From Candidatus Omnitrophota bacterium (GTDB taxonomy: Bacteria > Omnitrophota > Gorgyraeia > Tantalellales > Tantalellaceae), in NCBI GenBank assembly GCA_043813915.1, contig JBDRKO010000001.1:835-64834 (forward strand): a stretch of 64,000 nucleotides of DNA, given 5' to 3'. The notes beneath the pieces are model-generated. The model was not told where the DNA came from. It saw only the letters and a program-made list of their open reading frames with translations, and ran no database searches. Positions 18,689 to 28,033 of the stretch are shown here, one piece after another. Every line of letters begins with the position of its first letter. Position 1 is the first letter of the stretch. Position numbers and translations under genes: made by a program.

Positions 18689-19707
18689 TATTCATTGCCC
18701 CCTTTGGCCCCCAGCTGAAGAAGCGGGAGTATAGATGTTTGTTCGGGATCTATCACTATTTTTTTCTCGGCTTTAGGCAGCACTTCCGCCATGGTTTCCA
18801 AATACAGTCTCTTTTCTGTGACCTTGGGCGCTTTTTTGTATTCCTCCCATGTCGCAAGGAACCTTTCGGCCTCCCCTTCGGCCCTGTTGACCTTATCTAC
18901 GCTGTATCCTTCCGCCTGGCTTATCGTCCTGTGCGCTTCACCTTTTGCCCTGGGTATGGCTTTGTTGTAGGCTTCCCAGGCTTCGTTTATCATGCGTTCT
19001 TTTTCCTGTTTCGACTCATTGACCTCATTGAACGCCGGTTTTACCGCATCCGGCGGATTAACATCCAGGAGCTTAACGGTTATCACGTATATCCCCGTTT
19101 CATACTTATCCAAGAGTTTCTGAAGTTCAAGCTGCGCTTTCAGGGCCACTTCCTCTCTCTTCGTGGTAAGCACTTCATCCACGGAATAATCCCCGCACAG
19201 TCTTCTCATAACGACCTCTGACATATCCCTTACACTGTTCACGGGATTCCGCGTCTTGAAAAGCAGTTTCACGGGATCGTTCACCCTGAACTGGACTATC
19301 CATTTCACGTCAAGTATGTTAAGGTCCCCGGTCAGCATAAGAGACGATTCCGCCTGCCTGTCCTGCGCGTAAACGCTTCTTACTCCCGGAATGGTCGTCT
19401 TGAACCCGAATTCCTCCTTAAATATCTTCTTAACTTTTATCGGCGTTACTTTCTCCACCCCGAAAGGCATTTTCGCGTGCAGACCGGGTTCGGTAGTGCG
19501 CACATATTTACCGAACCTCTGCACAACACCCACTTCATCGGGCCCGATCGAATACACGGCCCCTTGCAACAGAAAGATCAGAATAAGCCCTCCTATCACG
19601 AACGGCAGGAATTTCCCGTATTCCGCGCCTATTTGTTTGACCTTTTTTGCCTCATCCCGGAAAAGATCCTCCGGAGAACGAAAATCATCCATATCCAAAC
19701 CTCCCAT
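18688..19707 (-). CDS. hflK: Protease modulator HflK (SPFH/band-7)
   Basis: 339 aa; TM, SPFH domain, C-terminal coiled coil. Confidence 0.85.
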   Translation of the reverse strand: MGGLDMDDFRSPEDLFRDEAKKVKQIGAEYGKFLPFVIGGLILIFLLQGAVYSIGPDEVGVVQRFGKYVRTTEPGLHAKMPFGVEKVTPIKVKKIFKEEFGFKTTIPGVRSVYAQDRQAESSLMLTGDLNILDVKWIVQFRVNDPVKLLFKTRNPVNSVRDMSEVVMRRLCGDYSVDEVLTTKREEVALKAQLELQKLLDKYETGIYVITVKLLDVNPPDAVKPAFNEVNESKQEKERMINEAWEAYNKAIPRAKGEAHRTISQAEGYSVDKVNRAEGEAERFLATWEEYKKAPKVTEKRLYLETMAEVLPKAEKKIVIDPEQTSILPLLQLGAKGGNE

Positions 19708-19775
19708 TAAGGATTAATATTACTAATGTTCAAGCATTGTATAACAAAAATACAGAATATACCAGTGCAAACAAT

Positions 19776-19857
19776 ACATTCCCCCTATGAAACACCTAAT
19801 TAACAAAAAACCCGGCTTTAATATCAGCCGGGTTTTTTAATTCCTGATAACGGGTAA
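19776..19857. repeat. Direct repeat copy 1 (includes bidirectional terminator AAAAAACCCGGC...GCCGGGTTTTTT)
   Basis: About 75 bp identical to 20074-20155 apart from 1-2 nt; stem-loop 19811-19832 flanked by A6/T6. Confidence 0.8.
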
Positions 19858-20073
19858 TAAGGAATATGCCCGACACCAAAGATCCAATTTGCCGCGAAGC
19901 GGCACGACTTGAGGAGGGTATGGTTCAAAAGGAAAGGGAGGATATACCTCCTCCCTTTCCTTTGATAGCACAGATCGCATGATCCATAACACCTATGGGA
20001 AGGGGGTGACAGCGACCCCGGGATCTTGCGCTAACAAAATATCCGGGGGAAGCGTCAAGAGGGGGAAACCCTC

Positions 20074-20155
20074 GTTTCCCCCCATGAAACACCTGATTAA
20101 CAAAAAACCCGGCTTTAATATCAGCCGGGTTTTTTAATTCCTGGTAGCGGGGGAC
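20074..20155. repeat. Direct repeat copy 2; its hairpin (20102-20135) is the terminator just 3' of tRNA-Met
   Basis: atgaaacacctgattaacaaaaaacccggctttaatatcagccgggttttttaattcctg. Confidence 0.8.
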
Positions 20156-20218
20156 GGGATCGAACCGTCGACAACACGGGTATGAGCCGTGCGCTCTAAC
20201 CAGCTGAGCTACCCCGCC
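20142..20218 (-). tRNA. tRNA-Met (anticodon CAT; elongator type or possibly tRNA-Ile2/lysidine)
   Basis: Hand fold: GGCGGGG acceptor (G1:U72), D-arm GCTC/AGCTGGTTA, anticodon stem CACGG with loop CTCATAC, T-arm GACGG/TTCGATC/CCGTC, encoded CCA. Confidence 0.8.
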
Positions 20219-20342
20219 AAGTTAAGCTTTTTATGAGCCATCATTATATTCTAAAGCCTCACCCTTGTCAATGCAAGGGTACGGAAGATCTCAATCAGCA
20301 CAGAGCATAAAGTTTGCCGAGTTTGTAGGGCTTGTTGGGCTG

Positions 20343-20457
20343 TATTAACTGATGTTTCATTAGTGAATGCTGAAATAGAAAAAGAACCAACGTCCACATG
20401 CCCAGGATATGGGGACATTTCCCAACGGGAAGTGTCCCGTTTGCGGCTCTATTAAGT
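20343..20457. repeat. Family B element, left inverted copy flanking TauE gene
   Basis: About 88% identical to reverse complement of 21225-21338 over about 105 bp; contains GGGACATTTCCC-aac-GGGAAGTGTCCC. Confidence 0.8.
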
Positions 20458-21210
20458 TCACAAAAAAAGCAATTTGACGGCCAAGAGCACCGCGACGGTA
20501 ATGAAAGCTTTTCTCACCCAAACTGTTCCTTTCCTAAGAGCCAGTTTTGATCCCGAGAACGCGCCTATGGATATCGAGATCGACAATGGCAGCGCTATGC
20601 GCATGTCAATAAGATCGCTGCCGAAAAAGACCATACATGCCGCCAGGGACGAGAACGCGTTAAGTATCTTGGTTATCACCGCTGTCTGAAGAAAATCAAG
20701 GCCGAGCCCCAGTATCAGCACATAGCTCAGCAGCATCATGTATCCGCCGCTGAAAAAGCCGCCGTATACGCCCAGCATGAATACCAGAATGCCAACGGAC
20801 GACAACGTAAGCACAGATGCTTTGCCCGTTCTTTCTTTTATTCCAAGGTCTTTGTTCAGAAAAAATATGGGGATGAAAACGAATATTATGACCGCCAGGA
20901 ATTTCTCAAGCATATGTTCGTTAAAAGCGATCAGGTATCGGGCGCCTATCAAGGACCCGATAGCGGTCAAAACTACCGAAACGGCGATGAACCCGGTATA
21001 TTTTGGCTCTATCTTCTCACGCAATCCGACTGCGCCGCTGACGCTTAAGAATATCAGCGTGAACATGTTAGTCGCGATAGCGGCTTTGCCGCTCATACCC
21101 AGAAAAATAAGCAGGGGTATCGTCACCAAGGACGCGCCTCCGACGGAAACGCTAATGATCCCCGCTAAATAATACGCCACTGTTGCTATAGCTATGCTGT
21201 GAAGTTCCAT
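20458..21210 (-). CDS. Sulfite exporter TauE/SafE family permease
   Basis: About 250 aa, 7-8 TM, duplicated 4-TM halves with G-rich motifs; start taken at MELHSIAI (the 25-aa N-terminal extension in the track ORF runs into the repeat). Confidence 0.75.
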   Translation of the reverse strand: MELHSIAIATVAYYLAGIISVSVGGASLVTIPLLIFLGMSGKAAIATNMFTLIFLSVSGAVGLREKIEPKYTGFIAVSVVLTAIGSLIGARYLIAFNEHMLEKFLAVIIFVFIPIFFLNKDLGIKERTGKASVLTLSSVGILVFMLGVYGGFFSGGYMMLLSYVLILGLGLDFLQTAVITKILNAFSSLAACMVFFGSDLIDMRIALPLSISISIGAFSGSKLALRKGTVWVRKAFITVAVLLAVKLLFL

Positions 21211-21212
21211 GT

Positions 21213-21338
21213 TTAAAGGACCGTCTTTAATAGGTCGGCAAAGGGGACACTTCCCTTCGGGAGGATGTCCCCATATCCTGGGCATGCGGACGTTGGTTCT
21301 TTTACAATCTCACCATTCACTAATGGAACATCAGTCAA
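21213..21338. repeat. Family B element, right inverted copy flanking TauE gene
   Basis: tctttaataggtcggcaaaGGGGACACTTCCCttcgGGGAGGATGTCCCCatatcctgggcatgcggacgttggttctttt...ttcactaatgg. Confidence 0.8.
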
Positions 21339-21359
21339 TATAACGCTATGCGCTGTGAC

Positions 21360-23474
21360 CTATGCGATTACCTGTTCCCCTCCTGGCTTCTGTCCCCCGA
21401 AGCTTATATCTGAAGATTTAAAATGAAGATCCCTCTGCGGGAACGGTATAGTGATCTTGTTCTCTCTGAAAATAGCGTCTATTTTAAAATTAAGTTCGCT
21501 TTTCAGGCTCATTCGGTTCTGAGGTTCGTTCGTCCACACAAATAACGTAAAATTCAGAGAACTGTCGCCGAACGCCTCGAACCATACGTACGGATCCGGT
21601 TTTTTAAGGACTTTGGGATGCTGTTCAGCCACTTCCATCAGACATTTCTTTACAAGCTCCGTATCGGACCCGTAAGCGACCCCGACGGGGATCTTCACGC
21701 GTGTAAGCTTATCGCTATAGCTCCAGTTGATTATTTGCTGGGTCATGAACTCGGAATTCGGCACTACGACGGATATATTATCGAATGTATCGACTATTGT
21801 GCCTCTGGCTTTTATCAGACGGACACGCCCGGGCAAGCCGCCTACCTCGATATAGTCACCGACCTTTATAGGCCGTTCCACGAGAAGGACCATCCCCGCT
21901 ATGAAATTTTTGGCTATTTCCTGCAGTCCGAACCCTATCCCGATACCGACCGTCCCGGCAAACACCGTAAGCGCGGCCAAGTCCACCCCAAGCGCGGAGA
22001 TCCCAATAAAAAGTCCGAGGACCATCATAAGATATTTTATCGCGACCGATAAAGCGTATTGAACGCTCTCATCAAGCCTCATCCTCTTATAGATATTGCT
22101 TTTAAGGAACGCGTCCAGGAAACGTGATGCCAGGATAAAAAGCCATACTATGAACGCGAACTTAAAGATGATACCGGCGGAAATATTAACTTCTCCCATT
22201 ACGAAAAAAGGTCTTTCGGCGGCGCGTTTCAAAAAGAACATCGCTTCACGTTCGAACCCGGCTATTTTTGTCACGATAAAGACCCCGAAAAACACCATAG
22301 CCCAGCCCAATATCGTAGCTATACCGTCCATTAATGTATGTTTTTCGTCACCCTCCTCACCTCTATGGAGAACCCGTTTCATCACGCGATGAAAGACCGC
22401 TAACACGGCAACGACCACTACGGCGAGAAGCACCCGGACGCCCACGTACATAGCGAGTTTATGATATCCCAAAAACGATATAATGAAGTATCCCGCAAAA
22501 AGTCCTATTCCTGAATACAAGAACAGCGTAAGCGTTTTGCACATCAGTTTTCCCGCCAAGGAAGCTCCGCTCTTTAGCACGGCTTCACGGATACGGGGCC
22601 GATAGAACATGACCGCTAAAAGTAGACCCGCGAAAAATAAGAGCGCCGCTCCTTCCGTCATCCCTGCCGATAAAGGTCTCGGAGTAAGCAATTCATATCT
22701 GAAAACCTCTATTCTTTTCTCGTTCAAGGCCGCGATATAATCTTTTATCAGCTCGACTTGGACATCAACGAAGGATATCCTTTCCCTTATCAGCTCGCCT
22801 TCCTTGGCGGTCACCGTGAGATGCTCGTTCCTGGTCTTTATAATGTCAGAGACAGCATTGTCCTTATCACCTTTCAGCCCCAAAAGAATGTTCTGTGTCT
22901 GCAGCTCTTTTTCAATAGCCTTTGTTTCCATTTCTATCAGAGGGAGTTTCCCTTTCAGGAAGGCCTTCTCCGCCTTCGCGTCCGCTAAGAGGCGGTTCAC
23001 CCTCTCATATTCCCGTTCAATATCATCTAAAGAAAGGTCCTTACTGTTCAGTATCTCGAGCTTTCGTTCGATAATAGCGGCCGCCCTTTCATAGGCCTCT
23101 ATTTTCTCGGTCACAACGTTCTCTTTTGCCGCTACAACAGCTTCTTTTTTTTCCAAAACCTCGAGTTTTTGCTGTATTACCAGGTTCTCGGCGCTGCCGC
23201 CGCCGTTGCTTTTACTATGTTCCTTTTCGGCATTCTTGATCAGCTCTATTTTTTCCTGTTCAAGGGACGCCTTCTCTTTTATTATCTGCAGTTCGGCCAC
23301 CTTCACGTCGGCCTTCCCTTCTTTGGCCGTTTCTACAACACCGATAACGTTATTCGGCGCCTCCGCCGATACCGCCGCAGAAGACGGAGTGGCGGTCTTT
23401 TCCTCGGCTAAGGCACAATAAGACATCCCTGCAAGAACGCATATAAAGGCCACATGTAAACGTATTTTTTTCAT
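21360..23474 (-). CDS. Mechanosensitive ion channel, MscS family with large N-terminal periplasmic coiled-coil domain (MscK/KefA-like)
   Basis: 704 aa; signal peptide, long coiled coil, multiple TM, MscS beta-domain (GTIVDTFDN...VVPNSEF). Confidence 0.8.
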   Translation of the reverse strand: MKKIRLHVAFICVLAGMSYCALAEEKTATPSSAAVSAEAPNNVIGVVETAKEGKADVKVAELQIIKEKASLEQEKIELIKNAEKEHSKSNGGGSAENLVIQQKLEVLEKKEAVVAAKENVVTEKIEAYERAAAIIERKLEILNSKDLSLDDIEREYERVNRLLADAKAEKAFLKGKLPLIEMETKAIEKELQTQNILLGLKGDKDNAVSDIIKTRNEHLTVTAKEGELIRERISFVDVQVELIKDYIAALNEKRIEVFRYELLTPRPLSAGMTEGAALLFFAGLLLAVMFYRPRIREAVLKSGASLAGKLMCKTLTLFLYSGIGLFAGYFIISFLGYHKLAMYVGVRVLLAVVVVAVLAVFHRVMKRVLHRGEEGDEKHTLMDGIATILGWAMVFFGVFIVTKIAGFEREAMFFLKRAAERPFFVMGEVNISAGIIFKFAFIVWLFILASRFLDAFLKSNIYKRMRLDESVQYALSVAIKYLMMVLGLFIGISALGVDLAALTVFAGTVGIGIGFGLQEIAKNFIAGMVLLVERPIKVGDYIEVGGLPGRVRLIKARGTIVDTFDNISVVVPNSEFMTQQIINWSYSDKLTRVKIPVGVAYGSDTELVKKCLMEVAEQHPKVLKKPDPYVWFEAFGDSSLNFTLFVWTNEPQNRMSLKSELNFKIDAIFRENKITIPFPQRDLHFKSSDISFGGQKPGGEQVIA

Positions 23475-23495
23475 TCTAGCTCCCTATGAAAAGTT

Positions 23496-24578
23496 TCACA
23501 TCCACTTCTTTTTCCTGAAATAACGCAACATCAATCCTCCTACCGTCAGCATTATCGCCCAGGCAAAGAGGTAACCGTAGGGCCAGTTAAGCTCCGGCAT
23601 ATTAAAACGCGAGGTTTCGGGATTAAAGTTCATGCCGTATATACCCGCGACAAAAGTAAGAGGAATGAAAATCGTCGCTATAATGGTCAGGACCTTCATT
23701 ACTTCGTTCATCTTATTGCTGATAATTGAAAGATATATATCCAGCATCCCGGATGCCGTGTCCCTAAGGGCCTCTACCGTATCAATGACCTGAATGGTGT
23801 GATCATATACGTCTCTGAAAAATATGCCCGTATCCTTGTTGATAAGCGCGTCGTCCTCACGGATCAAAGCGCCGATCACTTCGCGCAAAGGCCACACCGA
23901 TCTTCTCAATGAGATCACTTCACGCTTCGATCTGTGTATGATCTTAAGATCGTCGGAAGTAGGATCGGCGGTAATATTCTCTTCTACCTTTTCCATTTCT
24001 TCCCCTAATCTTTCCAGTATCACGAAATAATTATCCACGACAGCGTCTATCAGAGAATATACCAGGTAATCCGCTTTTTTCTTCCTTATCCTGCCTTTAT
24101 CTCTTCGGATCCTGTCCCGCACCGGTTCGAACACATCGCCTTCTTTCTCCTGGAAAGAAAGAACAAAGCCCTTTCCAAGAATAAGACTTACCTGTTCATA
24201 AATGGTATCACCGGACGGCTCCTCTCTCCTGATCATTTTTAATACCAGATAAAGGTATCCGTCATGTTCTTCCATTTTAGGACGCTGGGTCGTATTAACG
24301 ATGTCCTCCAGCACTAGCGGGTGTATCCCGAACATGTCTCCTATCTTTTCGATAATATCCGTATCATGTACACCATCGATGTTTATCCAAGAAACCGATG
24401 AATCCTTGATGAACCGTTTGGTCTCGGAAACATCCTTTATTTCCATTTCTTCAAAGCGTTCCTCATTATAATCCATCACCGATATTTTTACGGACGCCGA
24501 ATGCTCTTTTCCAACATGCACGAGCGTTCCGGGAACCTGACCGGCGGCCTTGGAAGCTTTCTTAATATATCTGGCCAT
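23496..24578 (-). CDS. corA: Magnesium/cobalt transporter CorA
   Basis: 360 aa; C-terminal two TM with YGMNF motif. Confidence 0.85.
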   Translation of the reverse strand: MARYIKKASKAAGQVPGTLVHVGKEHSASVKISVMDYNEERFEEMEIKDVSETKRFIKDSSVSWINIDGVHDTDIIEKIGDMFGIHPLVLEDIVNTTQRPKMEEHDGYLYLVLKMIRREEPSGDTIYEQVSLILGKGFVLSFQEKEGDVFEPVRDRIRRDKGRIRKKKADYLVYSLIDAVVDNYFVILERLGEEMEKVEENITADPTSDDLKIIHRSKREVISLRRSVWPLREVIGALIREDDALINKDTGIFFRDVYDHTIQVIDTVEALRDTASGMLDIYLSIISNKMNEVMKVLTIIATIFIPLTFVAGIYGMNFNPETSRFNMPELNWPYGYLFAWAIMLTVGGLMLRYFRKKKWM

Positions 24579-24639
24579 ATGACCTCCTGCTTCTCTATAT
24601 TGCTTAACGGTTAGTCTTATTTTATATTTTTAATTATAG

Positions 24640-24775
24640 CGTCTTTAGAAGGATAGTTACAGGGAAATCTTAGGCAGCGAACGGGACACTTCCCTCCCCC
24701 CGTTATTTGGTTTGCTAATAAAAGAAAATCACGGGGGGAGGGAGGATGTCCCCACCTGCTGGGTAGTCTGGTATT
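24640..24775. repeat. Family B element variant carrying an inserted C6/G6 hairpin
   Basis: gcgtctttagaagg...GGGACACTTCCC-tcccccc...gggggg-AGGGAGGATGTCCCC...ctgggtagtctgg. Confidence 0.6.
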
Positions 24776-25850
24776 ACTCTAATGCTTCTTCGATCCACGC
24801 GCCGCCCGCGACTATCTCGTCCTCGTAGAAAACAGCCGCTTGTCCGGGAGCGGGCGCGAATTGCGGTTCGGAGAATTCTATAATGGCTTCGTCCCTACCC
24901 TTCGGGACGACCCGGGCCTCGGCCTTTTTGGAATTATATCTTATTCTCGTACCGAAAGAACGCGGCCTGTTCAGTTCATCCATAATTAACCAGTTGAAAC
25001 CTTTGACGCGCAATCTGGACTTCATAGCGTTCTCTCTACCCGAAACCGTTACAGCATTGTTCTTCGCGTCGATTTTTGTTACATATAGCGCTTCATGGGA
25101 CCCTATCCCCAACCCGTGCCGCTGCCCGACCGTGTATCCCGCGATCCCTTTATGCTCGGCTATCTTTTTCCCGGCCGCATTGACGATATCTCCGGGAACG
25201 AAAATATCCGGCGCGGTCTTTTCTAAATATTTTTTATAACCGCCTGCACCCGACGCGAAACAGATGTCCTGGCTGGGTTTTTTTTCAGCGGACATGAAAT
25301 TTTCGCCGCGGGCGATCTCCACTACTTCCTTTTTGGTAAGCTCCCCTAGAGGAAAGTCCAGGTACATAAGTTCCTCTTTGGGAATATCGTAAAGAAAATA
25401 CGACTGGTCGCCCTGTCCGTTAACGGCTTCGGCCAGAAAACACTTTCCGCCGCGCTTTATTATGCGGGCGTAATGGCCCGTAGCAATGCGCTGGGCGCCC
25501 ATTTCCCTGGCTTTTTTTAGGAGACAACCGAACTTTATTTTGCTGTTGCAGTATACGCAGGGGCTGGGAGTCCTGCCCCGGGCATATTCTTCCACGAAAT
25601 ATTTTTTGATCTTTTCGGCGAACTCTTTGGAAAGATCGACCACATAATAGGGTATCCCCATGTCTTCCGCGGCGCTGCGCGCGTATTGTATAGAGTCAAG
25701 CGAACAGCACATTTTATCGTCGCCGCCGCCGCATTCTTCTTTAGGCCAGGTCTTTATAGTAACGCCGATAACCTCACGGCCCTCTCTTTTCATAAGAAAA
25801 GCCGCGACACTCGAGTCTACCCCTCCTGACATAGCAGCTACTACTCTCAA
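24774..25850 (-). CDS. mnmA: tRNA-specific 2-thiouridylase (tRNA 2-thiouridine(34) synthase)
   Basis: 358 aa; SGGVDSSV PP-loop, catalytic cysteines. Confidence 0.9.
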   Translation of the reverse strand: MRVVAAMSGGVDSSVAAFLMKREGREVIGVTIKTWPKEECGGGDDKMCCSLDSIQYARSAAEDMGIPYYVVDLSKEFAEKIKKYFVEEYARGRTPSPCVYCNSKIKFGCLLKKAREMGAQRIATGHYARIIKRGGKCFLAEAVNGQGDQSYFLYDIPKEELMYLDFPLGELTKKEVVEIARGENFMSAEKKPSQDICFASGAGGYKKYLEKTAPDIFVPGDIVNAAGKKIAEHKGIAGYTVGQRHGLGIGSHEALYVTKIDAKNNAVTVSGRENAMKSRLRVKGFNWLIMDELNRPRSFGTRIRYNSKKAEARVVPKGRDEAIIEFSEPQFAPAPGQAAVFYEDEIVAGGAWIEEALE

Positions 25851-25859
25851 CCGTTCCTC

Positions 25860-26879
25860 CTAAAGCACATAGCGTCCCGCGCCCAGAGACATCCTTATCA
25901 CGCGGCGCCCGTCCCTTTCATCTATGATCACAATATCTACTCCGTCCGTTCGGTCGGCAACGGCGACGGCTTCGTTCGGACCATATGTCATGAAGGCGGT
26001 CGCGAACGCGTCGGCTTTAGCGCAGGTGTCCGCAATAACGGTTACGCTATAGAATCGTCTTTCGATGACCTTGTCCGTGTCCGTATCCACAATATGGGCG
26101 ACGAACCCGCCGTCCCCGCCGGGCATGACGTTCTCATAATCCCCGCTTGTCGCCACGGCTCCTGAAACCATACGGAGCTTTAACGCGATATCCTGCCCGC
26201 GCGGATCCCTCACTCCGATGATCCAGCCTTCGGGACGGAACGAACGGCAGCACATGTCTCCTCCGGCATCGACGATAAAGTCCTCTATCCCGCCTTCTTT
26301 AAGCAGATCGGACATGCGGTCAGCTATGTACCCCTTAGCGATCCCGGAAAGGTCGATCCATGCGCCGCTTTGCAAAGTGACCGTCCCGCGCGCTTCATCT
26401 ATCCCCACATTTTCCCATCCTACCCCGGCCGTCCCGTCGGGAATACTGTCTATCAGCTCTTCCGGCATATCACCGTAAAAGCCCTTTTTTTTAAGAATGG
26501 GAGCTATGGTAATATCGAACTTTCCGCCTGTGAGCTCCCCTATCTCTTCGGCGGTGCCGAGGGCCTCAAGCATATCGGGCGACACGCTTCCTCCGCCCGA
26601 CAGATTGAGCCCGCTGATCTCGCTTTCGGGATCGAAAATATTAAAGACCGTCTCCAGCCGAACGGCCAGTTCGAACGCTTTTTTAGATAACATTTCCGCG
26701 TTCTCTCTCTTGCTTCCTTCGGGCCGTATCTTGACCCGGACAAAAGTCCCCATCAGGATGTCGGACATAATAACATCCTTTTCCGCTGCCTGGCCCGTCC
26801 CGCCGCATCCGCCGCTGAACAGCATAAAAAGAACGGCTATGTGAACAATTAAAGTGTGGAAAAAGGTACGTGAGATCAT
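25860..26879 (-). CDS. apbE: FAD:protein FMN transferase (ApbE family lipoprotein)
   Basis: 339 aa; lipobox LFSGGC, ApbE core (DLSGIAKGY, TSGDYE). Confidence 0.8.
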   Translation of the reverse strand: MISRTFFHTLIVHIAVLFMLFSGGCGGTGQAAEKDVIMSDILMGTFVRVKIRPEGSKRENAEMLSKKAFELAVRLETVFNIFDPESEISGLNLSGGGSVSPDMLEALGTAEEIGELTGGKFDITIAPILKKKGFYGDMPEELIDSIPDGTAGVGWENVGIDEARGTVTLQSGAWIDLSGIAKGYIADRMSDLLKEGGIEDFIVDAGGDMCCRSFRPEGWIIGVRDPRGQDIALKLRMVSGAVATSGDYENVMPGGDGGFVAHIVDTDTDKVIERRFYSVTVIADTCAKADAFATAFMTYGPNEAVAVADRTDGVDIVIIDERDGRRVIRMSLGAGRYVL

Positions 26880-28012
26880 AATTCTCTGAGTATACGGTCT
26901 ATATCGACGTATTTTCCGATCATATTCATGACCATGCTGACCTTGTTCTTGTCCCGGAATTTTATCTTAACGGTAAGGTCATGTATTTTGGAAGAAACAT
27001 CATATGTGTTAAGAGCGGACACGAGCGTGGGAATATTGGTCTTTTTTAGCGCATTGTACGTTCTTCGTTTGGGAAGCATGCCTCCGGACAGCACTATCCC
27101 GGCAATGCGTTTGGGCGCGCAGAAACGTCCGGTATGCGCTTTTATCAAAAGGTTTATAAGATCGATACGGTTGCCGGGCGTTATCACAAGGCAATCATCC
27201 TCAAGATAGTTCATCACGGACCTGCTTTCCATCGCGCCTACCAGCACCCGTTTCATCTGCGTATCAAGGAACTTCTCCCCGCACAAGACCTGCATATCCA
27301 GGTCCTCTTTAATATCGTGCATCGTAGGGATATCCAAGGTCTTCATGTACGGCATTACCCCGAGCACGGGGACACCAAGCCTGGCGAGCCCCATCCTCAC
27401 GTATTTATTTACCTTTTCATATTTCTCGGGAAGCACTTTATTGACCACGACACCGATCATTTTCACTCCCATCTTATCAAAAACCGATTTATTGAGCATG
27501 ATCTCGTCTATGGGATTCCCTATACCTCCCTGTGATACGAGTATTACGCTGCTGTCCAGCATCTTGGCCACGGCTGCATTGGAAAGGTCGAATACTGAAC
27601 CTACTCCCGCGTGGCCGGTCCCCTCTATTATCATTATGTCTTTTCCTTCGGCTACGTGGTCAAAAGCCGTGCGTATCTTTAAAGCGGCGTCACTCTCGCG
27701 TTTCCCGTCAAGGAACCGTTCCGTATATCCTTTATCTATAGCGACCGGCGACATCATTTTTAGGGGAAACTTGAACTTGAATATGTGCTCCATCAGGATG
27801 GAATCTTCATCGACCTTATTCCCGTTCTCGAGGAGATATCTCTGTCCGACGGGTTTTATGAACCCGATATTACCGAACCGGGGGGTTAACGCCGATATCA
27901 GCCCCAGAGATACCGTGGTCTTTCCGATGTTCCTTCTTGTAGCCGCTACGAATATACGTTTGCATCTGCGTATACCGAATATCTTTTCCCATGTCTCTAT
28001 ATATGACTTCAT
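26876..28012 (-). CDS. BioD-like P-loop ATPase plus DRTGG domain protein (phosphotransacetylase N-terminal-domain-like)
   Basis: 378 aa; N-terminal TRRNIGKTTVSLGL P-loop (CobQ/BioD-like), C-terminal DRTGG-type domain (LVITPGNRIDL). Confidence 0.6.
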   Translation of the reverse strand: MKSYIETWEKIFGIRRCKRIFVAATRRNIGKTTVSLGLISALTPRFGNIGFIKPVGQRYLLENGNKVDEDSILMEHIFKFKFPLKMMSPVAIDKGYTERFLDGKRESDAALKIRTAFDHVAEGKDIMIIEGTGHAGVGSVFDLSNAAVAKMLDSSVILVSQGGIGNPIDEIMLNKSVFDKMGVKMIGVVVNKVLPEKYEKVNKYVRMGLARLGVPVLGVMPYMKTLDIPTMHDIKEDLDMQVLCGEKFLDTQMKRVLVGAMESRSVMNYLEDDCLVITPGNRIDLINLLIKAHTGRFCAPKRIAGIVLSGGMLPKRRTYNALKKTNIPTLVSALNTYDVSSKIHDLTVKIKFRDKNKVSMVMNMIGKYVDIDRILREL

Positions 28013-28033
28013 ATTATGATCCTGTTAGGATGG

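Noticed and set aside
19858-20073. SRP RNA, 6S RNA or RNase P RNA in the hairpin-rich segment near tRNA-Met
   Set aside because: No match to the conserved SRP domain IV (GGAA/AGCAG motifs) or 6S/RNase P features that I can see by eye. It is kept only as an unexplained structured segment in the findings.
20458-23474. Transporter cluster (TauE, MscS-family, CorA) as a genomic island
   Set aside because: There is no integrase, transposase or compositional shift visible by eye. These are common housekeeping transporters, and only the IR-bracketing of TauE is unusual.
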